Of a stretch of 64,000 nucleotides of DNA, positions 9,278-17,559 are shown piece by piece. Where the stretch lies: positions 64,001 through 128,000 of the forward strand of contig JBFWMA010000001.1 in NCBI GenBank assembly GCA_050251875.1, in the 5' to 3' direction. This DNA comes from Deferribacterales bacterium (GTDB taxonomy: Bacteria > Chrysiogenota > Deferribacteres > Deferribacterales > Geovibrionaceae). The notes under the pieces were generated by a model. It had not been told where the DNA came from. It saw only the letters and a list, made by a program, of their open reading frames with translations, and ran no database searches. Numbering within the stretch: position 1 is the first letter of the stretch; the number at the start of each line of letters is the position of its first letter. A program made the position numbers and the translations under genes.

Positions 9278-10988
9278 CTTCGCACTCCCCGCCCAGAACT
9301 TCGCAGGCTTTGATATATTGTTTCCGGCGGAACTCGTCCAGCTTAGACCCTTCCTGTGTCACGGTGAGGGCTGATCTGGGGCATGCTTCCACACTTTTGT
9401 ATGTGGCGGAGCAGAGTTTTTCCTCCAGAAATTCGTAGAAATGCTCATCCTGTGCCGGAGACCATTCACGGTTCAGCTTTATCAGCGATCCGTCAGAATA
9501 GTGGTAGCACCAGTCGCACTGTATGCAGATTCCGCAGTTAAAACATCTGGACGACATCAGCATAGCCATGTCCTCGTCCACTGTTTTCACCACTTCGTCA
9601 AAGTTGCCAACCCGTTTTTCGATGGGGAGTTCCTCCTCCACCAGACGTCCGAGGGTGTCGAAATATTTTGTATTGAGCGTTTTGTAGAAGGCTGTGTCAC
9701 GCTTGGGAGCGGCGGGTATGGTTTCGCCGAGATATTCCCTGACGGCTTTCGCTGTGTCCTGCGCCAGCCCCACCACACGCACCACCATTCCGGTGTTGTC
9801 TGTGGCGCCCATGGCGGCGTCTCCCGTGATGAATATTTTTCCTGATTCATCGGACTGGAGATCGGGACAGATCATTCTGGGAAAATCAACCGTAAAACGC
9901 TCACCCACAAAGTGCATGTCGGGTCTGTCGCCCACGGCGAGCACTATGCGGTCGAACTCCATCTCCTCCAGCAGACCGGAAACGGCGAAGGGCTTTGCCC
10001 TGCCTGTTTCGTCCACGGGACCCAGCTTCATCACCTGTGTGATGAGCTTCAGCTTGTTTCCGTGTTTTTCTATGCGCATGGGAGAGCGGAGAAAGCTGTA
10101 TTTCACGCCCTCTTTCTTGGTGTCTTCCACCTCTCCTTTGTGCGCTGTCATCTCGCCCACGGTACGGCGGTAGACAACGGTGGGCTCTGCGCCCAGACGC
10201 ACGGAGCATCTGGCAACGTCTATGGCGGAGTATCCGCCGCCGATGACGCCTATCTTTTCGCCCGGTTTTATCTTCAGCTTTTCGGCATGACCGAAGTTGA
10301 TCTCTCTTAAGAATGGAATGGCTGATTCCACTCCGGTGTACTGTTCGCCCTCGATTCCCAGCTCCACGGGTTTGTGAGCGCCGGACGCCACTATCACGGC
10401 GTCATATTCACGGGCGAGATTCAGAAATTTGTTCTTGTCCACGGATTCGCCGCACTTGATGTTAACCCCTGCGGCTTTGATAAATTCCAGCTCTTTCTCA
10501 AAAACCTCTCTGGGATATCTGAACGCCGGGATGCCCTGGGTCAGAAGTCCGCCGGGGGTTGTCTGTTTTTCATATACGTCCGTGCGGTAGCCTTCCTTAG
10601 CCAGAAAATACGCGGCGGCGAGTCCCGCCGGACCGGATCCTATCACCGCTACTTTTTTGCCTTTCTGCTGAGCTGTCGTTTTCGGCTTGAGCCCTTCGGC
10701 GTATCCACGGTCGGAGACATAGCGCTCCATCGCCTTGATATCCACCGGTTGATCGAACTTGGTTCTGTTGCACGCCGTCTCGCAGGGGTGGTCGCAGAAG
10801 CGTCCGCAGCCGGAGCTGAAAGGGTTGGTCTCTTTCAATACATAAAAAGCCTCCTCGAACCTGCCCAGCGAGGCAAGATAGAGGAAACGGGGTATGTCGT
10901 TTCTGGCATAGCATCCGTGGTTGCCCAGATGATCTCTGGCATAGCACGGGCTTACCTTGTTGTAATATAAAGGAAAAAGTTTTTTCAC
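9267..10988 (-). CDS. NAD(P)H-dependent FAD/FeS oxidoreductase, GltD/DsrL-like
   Basis: CGRFCDHPCETACNR, GSGPAGLAAA, GIPAFRYP, GGGYSAID, YRR, RCFNCGICIQCDWC; probable GTG start 10988 after AGGGAGG. Confidence 0.88.
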   Translation of the reverse strand: MKKLFPLYYNKVSPCYARDHLGNHGCYARNDIPRFLYLASLGRFEEAFYVLKETNPFSSGCGRFCDHPCETACNRTKFDQPVDIKAMERYVSDRGYAEGLKPKTTAQQKGKKVAVIGSGPAGLAAAYFLAKEGYRTDVYEKQTTPGGLLTQGIPAFRYPREVFEKELEFIKAAGVNIKCGESVDKNKFLNLAREYDAVIVASGAHKPVELGIEGEQYTGVESAIPFLREINFGHAEKLKIKPGEKIGVIGGGYSAIDVARCSVRLGAEPTVVYRRTVGEMTAHKGEVEDTKKEGVKYSFLRSPMRIEKHGNKLKLITQVMKLGPVDETGRAKPFAVSGLLEEMEFDRIVLAVGDRPDMHFVGERFTVDFPRMICPDLQSDESGKIFITGDAAMGATDNTGMVVRVVGLAQDTAKAVREYLGETIPAAPKRDTAFYKTLNTKYFDTLGRLVEEELPIEKRVGNFDEVVKTVDEDMAMLMSSRCFNCGICIQCDWCYHYSDGSLIKLNREWSPAQDEHFYEFLEEKLCSATYKSVEACPRSALTVTQEGSKLDEFRRKQYIKACEVLGGECEDDN

Positions 10989-11110
10989 CGATACCTCCCT
11001 CAACGTATGCGGTTATTACATGTGTGTCTTAAAGTATAACGCAGAAATATAATAGAATCATTAAAAGACATGTTCAATATGAAATGCTAAGGATTAAGAT
11101 AAAATTTGTC

Positions 11111-11533
11111 TTAAATATTAAGTTTACATGACCTCGCCAGCGCCAGCAGCTTTTCCACGGCTGTGCGGACGTCCGATTCGGCTGTGTCTGTCTGCTCCAT
11201 GCAGGATATCACCGCCCGTGAAGCGGCGGTCAGGGCGTCAGCGGACGCTTCCGTGCCTGTCTGGGGTCTGTTCTGGGTTTCCGGCAGTCTGTAGACACAG
11301 CAGCCCATGTCGGCGGCTATGACGGAGAGCACTTCGGCGCATCTGTGGTTTATCATTACCTGAAGAAAATTTTCCAGCGTGGCTGACTTGGTGCTGTCAT
11401 AAGCATAGTTTTTTATCTGGTTTTCTGATATGCCCAGTTCCTTCGCCAGACGCTCTCTGCGAATCCCCTTTCTGTTTACTTCTTTGAACAGGACGCCGCT
11501 GATGTCGCATGCGTATTTTCTGTAATCGACCAT
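11111..11533 (-). CDS. HTH protein resembling phage CII/CP76-type regulators
   Basis: RERLAKELGISENQIKNY HTH, then IAADMGCCVYRLP and a helical C-terminus; family assignment is by eye. Confidence 0.55.
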   Translation of the reverse strand: MVDYRKYACDISGVLFKEVNRKGIRRERLAKELGISENQIKNYAYDSTKSATLENFLQVMINHRCAEVLSVIAADMGCCVYRLPETQNRPQTGTEASADALTAASRAVISCMEQTDTAESDVRTAVEKLLALARSCKLNI

Positions 11534-11671
11534 ATTGACCCCCTTAGATTAGATACACAGGGTGATTTCATATCTGTGAATTTTATGCTCATAGCGTATA
11601 ATTATATTCTATACTCAAAAATATATCTTCTGGCAATATAATTTTCTAAAAGTGTATAAAAAGGAGCCGAA

Positions 11672-11938
11672 ATGAAGTCATTTATAATTTCATGCGATTT
11701 CAGAGGCAGGGTTGAGGACGAATCGGCGGCGGCAGGAGTGCTGAACAGATACAACGGCATCAGGATAAAGCGTGATACATGGTACATACTGTCAGACGAC
11801 AGCGCCGGGCATATTTTCGACACGCTGAAAGAAGCGGCTCCGGGCATATATATTTTTCTGGCGGAGCTGACTCAGGGGCAGATGATATCCCAGCCTTGGC
11901 CTGTCCGGTCGTGGTTTAACAAAAACTGCGGAGACTAA
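11672..11938 (+). CDS. Small hypothetical protein, Cas2/VapD-like ferredoxin-fold pattern
   Basis: Strong RBS AAGGAG; FIISCDF..DTWYILSDDSAGHIFDTL..IFLAEL pattern. Confidence 0.5.
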   Translation: MKSFIISCDFRGRVEDESAAAGVLNRYNGIRIKRDTWYILSDDSAGHIFDTLKEAAPGIYIFLAELTQGQMISQPWPVRSWFNKNCGD

Positions 11939-11984
11939 AAAATATCCCTTGCGCAATTTTATGTCAGGCTTATGTTAGAAATAT

Positions 11985-12150
11985 CAGCCAAGGCGGGCAA
12001 ACAAGTGAGAGACGCTTATAAAGTCTCGTGTGAAAGATAAGCCTCGCGCGGTTGTTAAAATAAATGAGGGAGGTAAGACGATTAATACCTCGAAAGTAAG
12101 CCCCCGTTGAAATTGTTCTGAATCAGTCAGAGCAGTGCGGGGGCTTTTAA
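11985..12150 (+). ncRNA. Candidate structured small RNA ending in a long terminator-like hairpin
   Basis: Hairpins GAGAC/GTCTC, GAGGTA/TACCTC, and AAGCCCCCG/CGGGGGCTT enclosing ATTGTTCTGA/TCAGAGCAGT, then TT; possible promoter TTGCGC-16-TATGTT at 11949-11976. Confidence 0.45.
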
Positions 12151-12232
12151 TTTGCCCATTTTCGTCACTCGACTTTTTCCATATCCTATATTAGATTATT
12201 AACATACCAATTATGATTTAGCGGAGTTCCCG

Positions 12233-14023
12233 ATGACCCGTGTTAAAAACGCCCGAATATTTCTTTTTTACATACCTGTGTCTGTCTGCGCTCTGTGCGC
12301 TTCCGGCTTTTTTCTGTGGCTGGCGGGCGCTGTGGAGCTGACAGCCAACTCTGTGGCTTCCATTGTTTTCGGCTTTACCCTTTCATCCGTCATAATGTTC
12401 AGATACGCCCGGAGAAAGACAGCGGACGAATACACAGGGATGACCGATTTTCTCCGCATCCCCTCCCGTGAGAGACTCTTTCAGGGGGAGGCGGTTTCAT
12501 ATGACATATCCGTGCCGTACGAAGACGGCTATTCATATACCCTGATAAAACCGGAAAAGTGGATGAAGCTCACAGGGGGACGGCTGTTATTTGACGTGCC
12601 GGAGGAACTGCCCGCCGGATTTTACAGATACACTGTGCGCATGACGGAGATAGCGTCCGGAAAATCCGCTGACGTATCAGGCAGGATAGAGGTTATCGCT
12701 CCGGATGTGTTAACCGGAGACGAGATAGAGTCAGGCTTTCTGAAAATAGAATCGTCATCCCCGGTGGACGTGATAACAGGCACAGCTTCTGACGGTTCGC
12801 TCCGCACATGGATATACGCCTCTCTGCCTTCGTTTCTGAAGATTACCGACTGGGGAAACAACCCTGAGTTCAACCGCTGGGGCAGTCCGGACGAAGACGG
12901 TGAAAACGATAATATATTCGAATACGTCTCCATGAGGAGATACGGGCGTTTTCTGATAAAGAAGACTCTCGTTTCCAGCCATAAAGTATTCGGAAACAGG
13001 ATAAAAGGCGACAGATATGATATAAAGGCACTGCCGGACGGGCACATAGGCATGGAGCAGACCATCGCCTCCATGATGACATCCGACAGACCGCTGGTGC
13101 GGGGCAAGGGAATGATTCCGGTGCTGTTCATCCACGGATATAACTCCGGAGCGATGGGCATAGGCGGCGGAAAAAGCACATGGGGCGGACTGCCTCTGAT
13201 GCTGGACAAGAGAAACTATCTGGTGTCCGAGTTCCGCTGGAGAACATCCCAGAGATTTCAGGACGCGGCGGCGGCTCTTGCCGAGGCGACAGATATTTTG
13301 TATCAGGTGACAGGAAACAGGGTTCACTATGTGGCTCATTCTTTCGGCGGGCTTCTCGCCAGAACATATATTCAGGGGCTGGCAGACGGCAAGCCCTATG
13401 CCGGAGACGTGGCGTCTCTGGTGACATTCGGCACGCCTCACTCGGGGATATGTCAGGACGAGTGCATGAGATTCGGGGCGGCGATGCCTGCGGGTCAGTG
13501 TTTCGACATGAGCATCACTTCCCAGATATCAGGTTTTCAGGCCGGGCTGGACATAGAGGGGATGGAATCGTCAGAGATATTCGGCACGGAGCCGGAGGCG
13601 GGATATATCCCCGCCATGCTTTGCGATTTCGTGCGCCACAGGATACCGGACGGCGTCAGGATATGCAACGTGATAGGACTTTCGAACAAAGATATGAGTG
13701 ACGAAACGGAAGACGGCGACAAGGTGATAACATACGGCGGGCAGAGATTCGCCCCCATGCTGACGGTGAGAGGCGTTGAGCCTCTGCTGACAGATTATCA
13801 GGGATTCGGCGGTATTGTGTCCGAGACCGTTCTGGGCGCTTCGGGACGTGACGTGCGCCCGGGGGATCATTTTATATTTTCACCTGATATGTACGGATAT
13901 GTCCACTCTCCGCTCATCGGCAGATACAGACAGTCTGAGGTATATGTGAAGTGCGCCGACCCCAACGTCTGCTCGCACCCCGCCTTTATCCTAATCAGGG
14001 ATTGGTTGGATAAAAACAGCTAG
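12233..14023 (+). CDS. Membrane-anchored alpha/beta hydrolase (lipase/esterase) with an Ig-like N-terminal region
   Basis: Two N-terminal TM segments, LFIHGY oxyanion motif, AHSFGG nucleophile elbow, TFGTPHSG, GDKVI. Confidence 0.75.
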   Translation: MTRVKNARIFLFYIPVSVCALCASGFFLWLAGAVELTANSVASIVFGFTLSSVIMFRYARRKTADEYTGMTDFLRIPSRERLFQGEAVSYDISVPYEDGYSYTLIKPEKWMKLTGGRLLFDVPEELPAGFYRYTVRMTEIASGKSADVSGRIEVIAPDVLTGDEIESGFLKIESSSPVDVITGTASDGSLRTWIYASLPSFLKITDWGNNPEFNRWGSPDEDGENDNIFEYVSMRRYGRFLIKKTLVSSHKVFGNRIKGDRYDIKALPDGHIGMEQTIASMMTSDRPLVRGKGMIPVLFIHGYNSGAMGIGGGKSTWGGLPLMLDKRNYLVSEFRWRTSQRFQDAAAALAEATDILYQVTGNRVHYVAHSFGGLLARTYIQGLADGKPYAGDVASLVTFGTPHSGICQDECMRFGAAMPAGQCFDMSITSQISGFQAGLDIEGMESSEIFGTEPEAGYIPAMLCDFVRHRIPDGVRICNVIGLSNKDMSDETEDGDKVITYGGQRFAPMLTVRGVEPLLTDYQGFGGIVSETVLGASGRDVRPGDHFIFSPDMYGYVHSPLIGRYRQSEVYVKCADPNVCSHPAFILIRDWLDKNS

Positions 14024-14273
14024 CCGCAGGAAGCGGCTCACGGAGCAGATTTTCTGCGTAGTGTGAGCGGAACATGAATTTATTTCATGTGGAGCGTTAG
14101 CATAAAAAGTTCAGGACGAACTTTTTATGTATGTGTAGTCAGGGATTGGTTGGATAAAAACAGCTAGCCGCAGGAAGCGGCTCACGGAGCAGATTTTCTG
14201 CGTAGTGTGAGCGGAACATGAATTTATTTCATGTGGAGCGTTAGCATAAAATGTTCAGGACGAACTTTTTATG
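13995..14273 (+). repeat. Tandem duplication with 144 bp period: 135 bp units 13995-14129 and 14139-14273, each = last 29 nt of the lipase gene + GGA-loop element (E2a 14022-14129, E2b 14166-14273)
   Basis: Direct comparison shows one mismatch (AAAAAGTTC vs AAAATGTTC) and a 9 bp spacer; hairpins AGCCGC-AGGAA-GCGGCT and CATAAAAAGTTC-AGGAC-GAACTTTTTATG. Confidence 0.93.
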
Positions 14274-15457
14274 ACGTATGATATGATTTTTTCAGCGGTT
14301 GAATCCCATGAGAAATATTTAGCGGCCAGCTCAGCCCCGGCGTCTATTCTGCGCTGATATTCCCCGCTGTCGGCGATCACGCTGTTCAGCTTCTCCAGAT
14401 ATTCGGCACTGCCGAACTCCGCCTCGATTATGATATCCGCCAGTTCAGGATATTCTTTAACCAGCTTAGGTACGGGTGTTGTCACCAGCAGAGAACCGGA
14501 CATCAGCGCGGATGTTATTCTGTCGTGGACACGCAGATGCTTCGGGGTGATGTTCAGACTGACCCCGGTCTGCGCTATCATGTTGATGTATGAATCGTAT
14601 ATGAGCGAGCCGATGTACTGCATACTGCCTGCGCCCTGGCACAGTTCCGCCATCTTTTCGTCTCCCGCCATCAGGCACGGGATGTTGGTCTGCTTAAATT
14701 GACCCAGAATAACCTCTCTGGCGAGACATTCATAAAACCTTTCAATACAGGCAAAACTTTCAGACATCTGCGTGTTGTATTTCACTTCGCTGTCAAAAAG
14801 TCCGTTCTTGGTATTGGTCTGATAAAATTCTGTCAGGAGGTTTTGTTTAAGAAATTTCTTTTCGGTGCTGATCCGTTCGTAAATGCTCTGGCAATAGTTT
14901 AGCGTCGCTCTTTTCTGTTCCGGCGTGAGCCCGGGCAGAGAGGCTATTTTTTCCGCTTCGTCAGAAGCCCTGCCCACAGATCCGGCAAACAGCAGTCTTT
15001 TCGCCTTACAGTCCGGATGCTGGAGGTGCGGTTTTCTCAGCGATGCTGGACATCCGTATAATATCTCCTCGCATCGGGTTATTCCGGCGTCTGTCAGGAC
15101 GTCTTTGTTGTCTATGGTTATCACGTTCAGATATCTGCTGTCGAAGTTGATTGATTTACTGGTGAGCCAGAGGAAGGGGTTGTCCACAAGATAAACATAG
15201 TGGGGTATCTGAAAAGCATCGTAAACGGTCGTCATGGTGCCGTCTTTGTTCAGATACTGCGGGAACATCTGGTTGATGCTGAAGGTCCAGTCGGGGCGAA
15301 ACCTGTCTATGATGCTTCCGCCCTCTTTCTGTGTGAACCGGCTGCCCTCCAGAACCATACATTCCACACCGAGCCTTTCGAAGGAGAGACGAAGCTCGTT
15401 TATGAAATTATGTACCCAGTTTACGTTGCTGGGGCTGGAGAACAGTATGGCTTTCAT
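14255..15457 (-). CDS. Glycosyltransferase-like protein (GT-B, CgeB/DUF3880-like)
   Basis: YLVDNPF, LFAGS, SLNITP..HDRITSALMSGSLLVT, FSWDSTAEKI. Confidence 0.75.
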   Translation of the reverse strand: MKAILFSSPSNVNWVHNFINELRLSFERLGVECMVLEGSRFTQKEGGSIIDRFRPDWTFSINQMFPQYLNKDGTMTTVYDAFQIPHYVYLVDNPFLWLTSKSINFDSRYLNVITIDNKDVLTDAGITRCEEILYGCPASLRKPHLQHPDCKAKRLLFAGSVGRASDEAEKIASLPGLTPEQKRATLNYCQSIYERISTEKKFLKQNLLTEFYQTNTKNGLFDSEVKYNTQMSESFACIERFYECLAREVILGQFKQTNIPCLMAGDEKMAELCQGAGSMQYIGSLIYDSYINMIAQTGVSLNITPKHLRVHDRITSALMSGSLLVTTPVPKLVKEYPELADIIIEAEFGSAEYLEKLNSVIADSGEYQRRIDAGAELAAKYFSWDSTAEKIISYVIKSSS

Positions 15458-15465
15458 AAGCCTTC

Positions 15466-16356
15466 CTATTTTTTAAAGAGGCTGAAGTAATCCACCCTCT
15501 CGAAAACTTCCAGCTTGCCGCCGGCTGTGGCGTTTCTTATCTTTCCGCCCGCTTTTTCGAAGAACTTTCCGGCTTTGGCATATCCCTGCTCCATCCTGTC
15601 TACCATAGGGTCGTGCCACCTTTTTCCCTTGCCGAAATAGTCCGGGTGGAAGTGGTTGGGGTCGTCACCCGTGGATGTAATCTTGAGCCCTTCCACATCG
15701 GCGTCCTCCGGGATGACATAGTGGTGGTCGAAACCGATGAGGTAAAGCTCTCTGATGCCGAGATAATACGCCAGCTGCATACAGACATATGTTACTGATC
15801 CGCCTGTGAAAACCTGTCTGGCGGCGTTGGTGGAGAAATAGGGAAAGTCGGGATAGTTGTCGTATCTCATGCGGACGTTGAGCCAGTTGGTACATTCGTC
15901 CGGTTTCAGACAGTAGCGCAGATAGTTCCCGAACCATTTCTGCGTTCCTTTCAGCCTGTTTATCTCGTCCGCTCTGTCCTCCGCCACGAAGTTATCCTCC
16001 ACAACGTAGTGAGTGGGCAGAAATCCCATCTTTTCATAGTTCAGATAGATGCTGTTGACGCCGATTGTCACTTCGTCTTTCAGCAGAGTCAGGTCCAGTT
16101 TGTTCAGGCTGGGTCCGTTGCCTATCAGAAAGGCTCTTTTGCCTTTGCAGGTGTTGCGGTATTTTATAATGTTGGCGTGGTTTTCTGTCAGAGGAATCCC
16201 TCTGCCTGCCATCTTATAGCCGAAAGTCTCTACCACCAGCTCCATAGCGCTGGAATCGTATTTATCCTTGTACGGTCTGGTGTAGCCGTCTATCAGCTTT
16301 GAGCGTATTTTTCTGTATGCCTTGTAGGGCAGTGAATTCTTGATGGCATCGTTCAT
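15466..16356 (-). CDS. DUF115/Maf (MptE-like) family protein, putative CMP-ulosonate glycosyltransferase
   Basis: AFLIGNGPSLN, TIGVNSIY, GSVTYVCMQLAYYLGIRELYLIGFDH, NHFHPDYF, IRNATAGGKLEVF. Confidence 0.8.
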   Translation of the reverse strand: MNDAIKNSLPYKAYRKIRSKLIDGYTRPYKDKYDSSAMELVVETFGYKMAGRGIPLTENHANIIKYRNTCKGKRAFLIGNGPSLNKLDLTLLKDEVTIGVNSIYLNYEKMGFLPTHYVVEDNFVAEDRADEINRLKGTQKWFGNYLRYCLKPDECTNWLNVRMRYDNYPDFPYFSTNAARQVFTGGSVTYVCMQLAYYLGIRELYLIGFDHHYVIPEDADVEGLKITSTGDDPNHFHPDYFGKGKRWHDPMVDRMEQGYAKAGKFFEKAGGKIRNATAGGKLEVFERVDYFSLFKK

Positions 16357-17559
16357 TTAATCACCTTTCATTTCACGATATATCTTTTCATAGTTCGCTG
16401 TCATGGTCTCTTCGCCGAATTTTTCGGTGACGAAATCACGGCAGTTTTTCTGTATGTCTTTTATCTCTTCTCTGTGAGTGTACAGGTATTTGATCTTTTC
16501 CGCCAGCTCACCGGGGTTCATCGGGTCAAAAAGCCATCCGGTACGTCCCTCTATAACCATCTCCGGCACTCCGCCGTTGTGTGAGCCCAGAACCGGCGTG
16601 GCGCATGCCAGCGATTCGAGAACTGTGTTGGGCAGGTTGTCTATGATGGACGGGATGCAGAACACATCGGCGCAGCTGTAATATCTGCTGAGGGCGTCTG
16701 TGCCTGTGACGGAGCCTTTCAGAACCAGTCTGGGGTCAGACCTGTCCGTTTTGGCTGTGCTGCCTATCACCACCGCCTGCATATCGAGCTCCGGTATCAT
16801 ATTCAATGCCTGAATAACGGCGTCCACGTTTTTGCGTTTCCACGCTCCCGTGCCAGCCAGAAACAGCAGGGTGAATTTATCCGGATCAATACCCACATAT
16901 TCGCAGGCTTCCGCCTTTTCCACGGGATACATAGCGTCCAGAGGGATTCCGTTGTTTACGGTTTTTACGGGTTTTCTGCCTTTCGTTATCTTTTCAGCCA
17001 GACCGGACAGCCAGTCGGACGGCGGGGTGAATATCACCTTCGCCTGTTGACTGTTCAGCAGGTCGTCAGGGTTATAGAGCTTTCTGCGCCACGCCGCCAC
17101 AGGGCAGTATGTCACATCTTCGCCGTCCAGCGCCGTTATCCTGTAGTTATATCCGTACAGGGCGAACTGGTCGTGCATGGTCCACACCACGGGAAACAGC
17201 TCAGCCAGCCTGGCTATCTGTTTCTGGGTGAAGTAGCAGTTGTGCAGGTGGATTATGTCCGGGTTATACTGTTTCACCCGGCTTAAAAACACGGAGAAGA
17301 TCAGATTACGGTATGTCTCTCCCCGGGTGAATTTCGCTATGAGCCGGGCGGATTTGTATATCGCTTTCTTGGCGAAGGAATAGGTTCGTCCCAGATGCCA
17401 GGGGCGTATTCCGGTGTTTTTGTAGAGTGAGTAATCATTTTTCTGGTTTTCGAAAACGTACATGACCTCATGGCTTTTCGCCATGCCCGCCGCCAGTCTG
17501 TAGGCGGCGATGGACGCTCCGCATCCGTAGTCGTTTTCGCTGTATATCAGCAGTCTCAA
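16357..17559 (-). CDS. Glycosyltransferase family 4 (WcaC-like)
   Basis: GASIAAYRL, IIHLHN, VWTMHD, DNLPNTVLESLACATPV, GGVPEMV. Confidence 0.88.
   Translation of the reverse strand: MRLLIYSENDYGCGASIAAYRLAAGMAKSHEVMYVFENQKNDYSLYKNTGIRPWHLGRTYSFAKKAIYKSARLIAKFTRGETYRNLIFSVFLSRVKQYNPDIIHLHNCYFTQKQIARLAELFPVVWTMHDQFALYGYNYRITALDGEDVTYCPVAAWRRKLYNPDDLLNSQQAKVIFTPPSDWLSGLAEKITKGRKPVKTVNNGIPLDAMYPVEKAEACEYVGIDPDKFTLLFLAGTGAWKRKNVDAVIQALNMIPELDMQAVVIGSTAKTDRSDPRLVLKGSVTGTDALSRYYSCADVFCIPSIIDNLPNTVLESLACATPVLGSHNGGVPEMVIEGRTGWLFDPMNPGELAEKIKYLYTHREEIKDIQKNCRDFVTEKFGEETMTANYEKIYREMKGD

Noticed and set aside
5452..10970. Long plus-strand ORFs (e.g. 6127-7302) and similar antisense ORFs elsewhere (e.g. 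61855-63030, 34039-34938)
   Set aside because: They overlap well-supported genes on the opposite strand and have no motifs; expected from codon bias.
11672..11938. Calling this a bona fide cas2
   Set aside because: No cas1 or array nearby; similarity is only a by-eye fold pattern.
11985..12054. Resemblance to a c-di-GMP-I riboswitch (GGGCAAAC..GACGC)
   Set aside because: Lacks the GNRA-capped P2 of normal length, the GCAAAG junction and the tetraloop receptor; kept only as an unassigned RNA candidate.
13995..14273. Possible CRISPR array
   Set aside because: Only two 135 bp units with a 9 bp gap; no short repeat/unique spacer periodicity and no cas operon.
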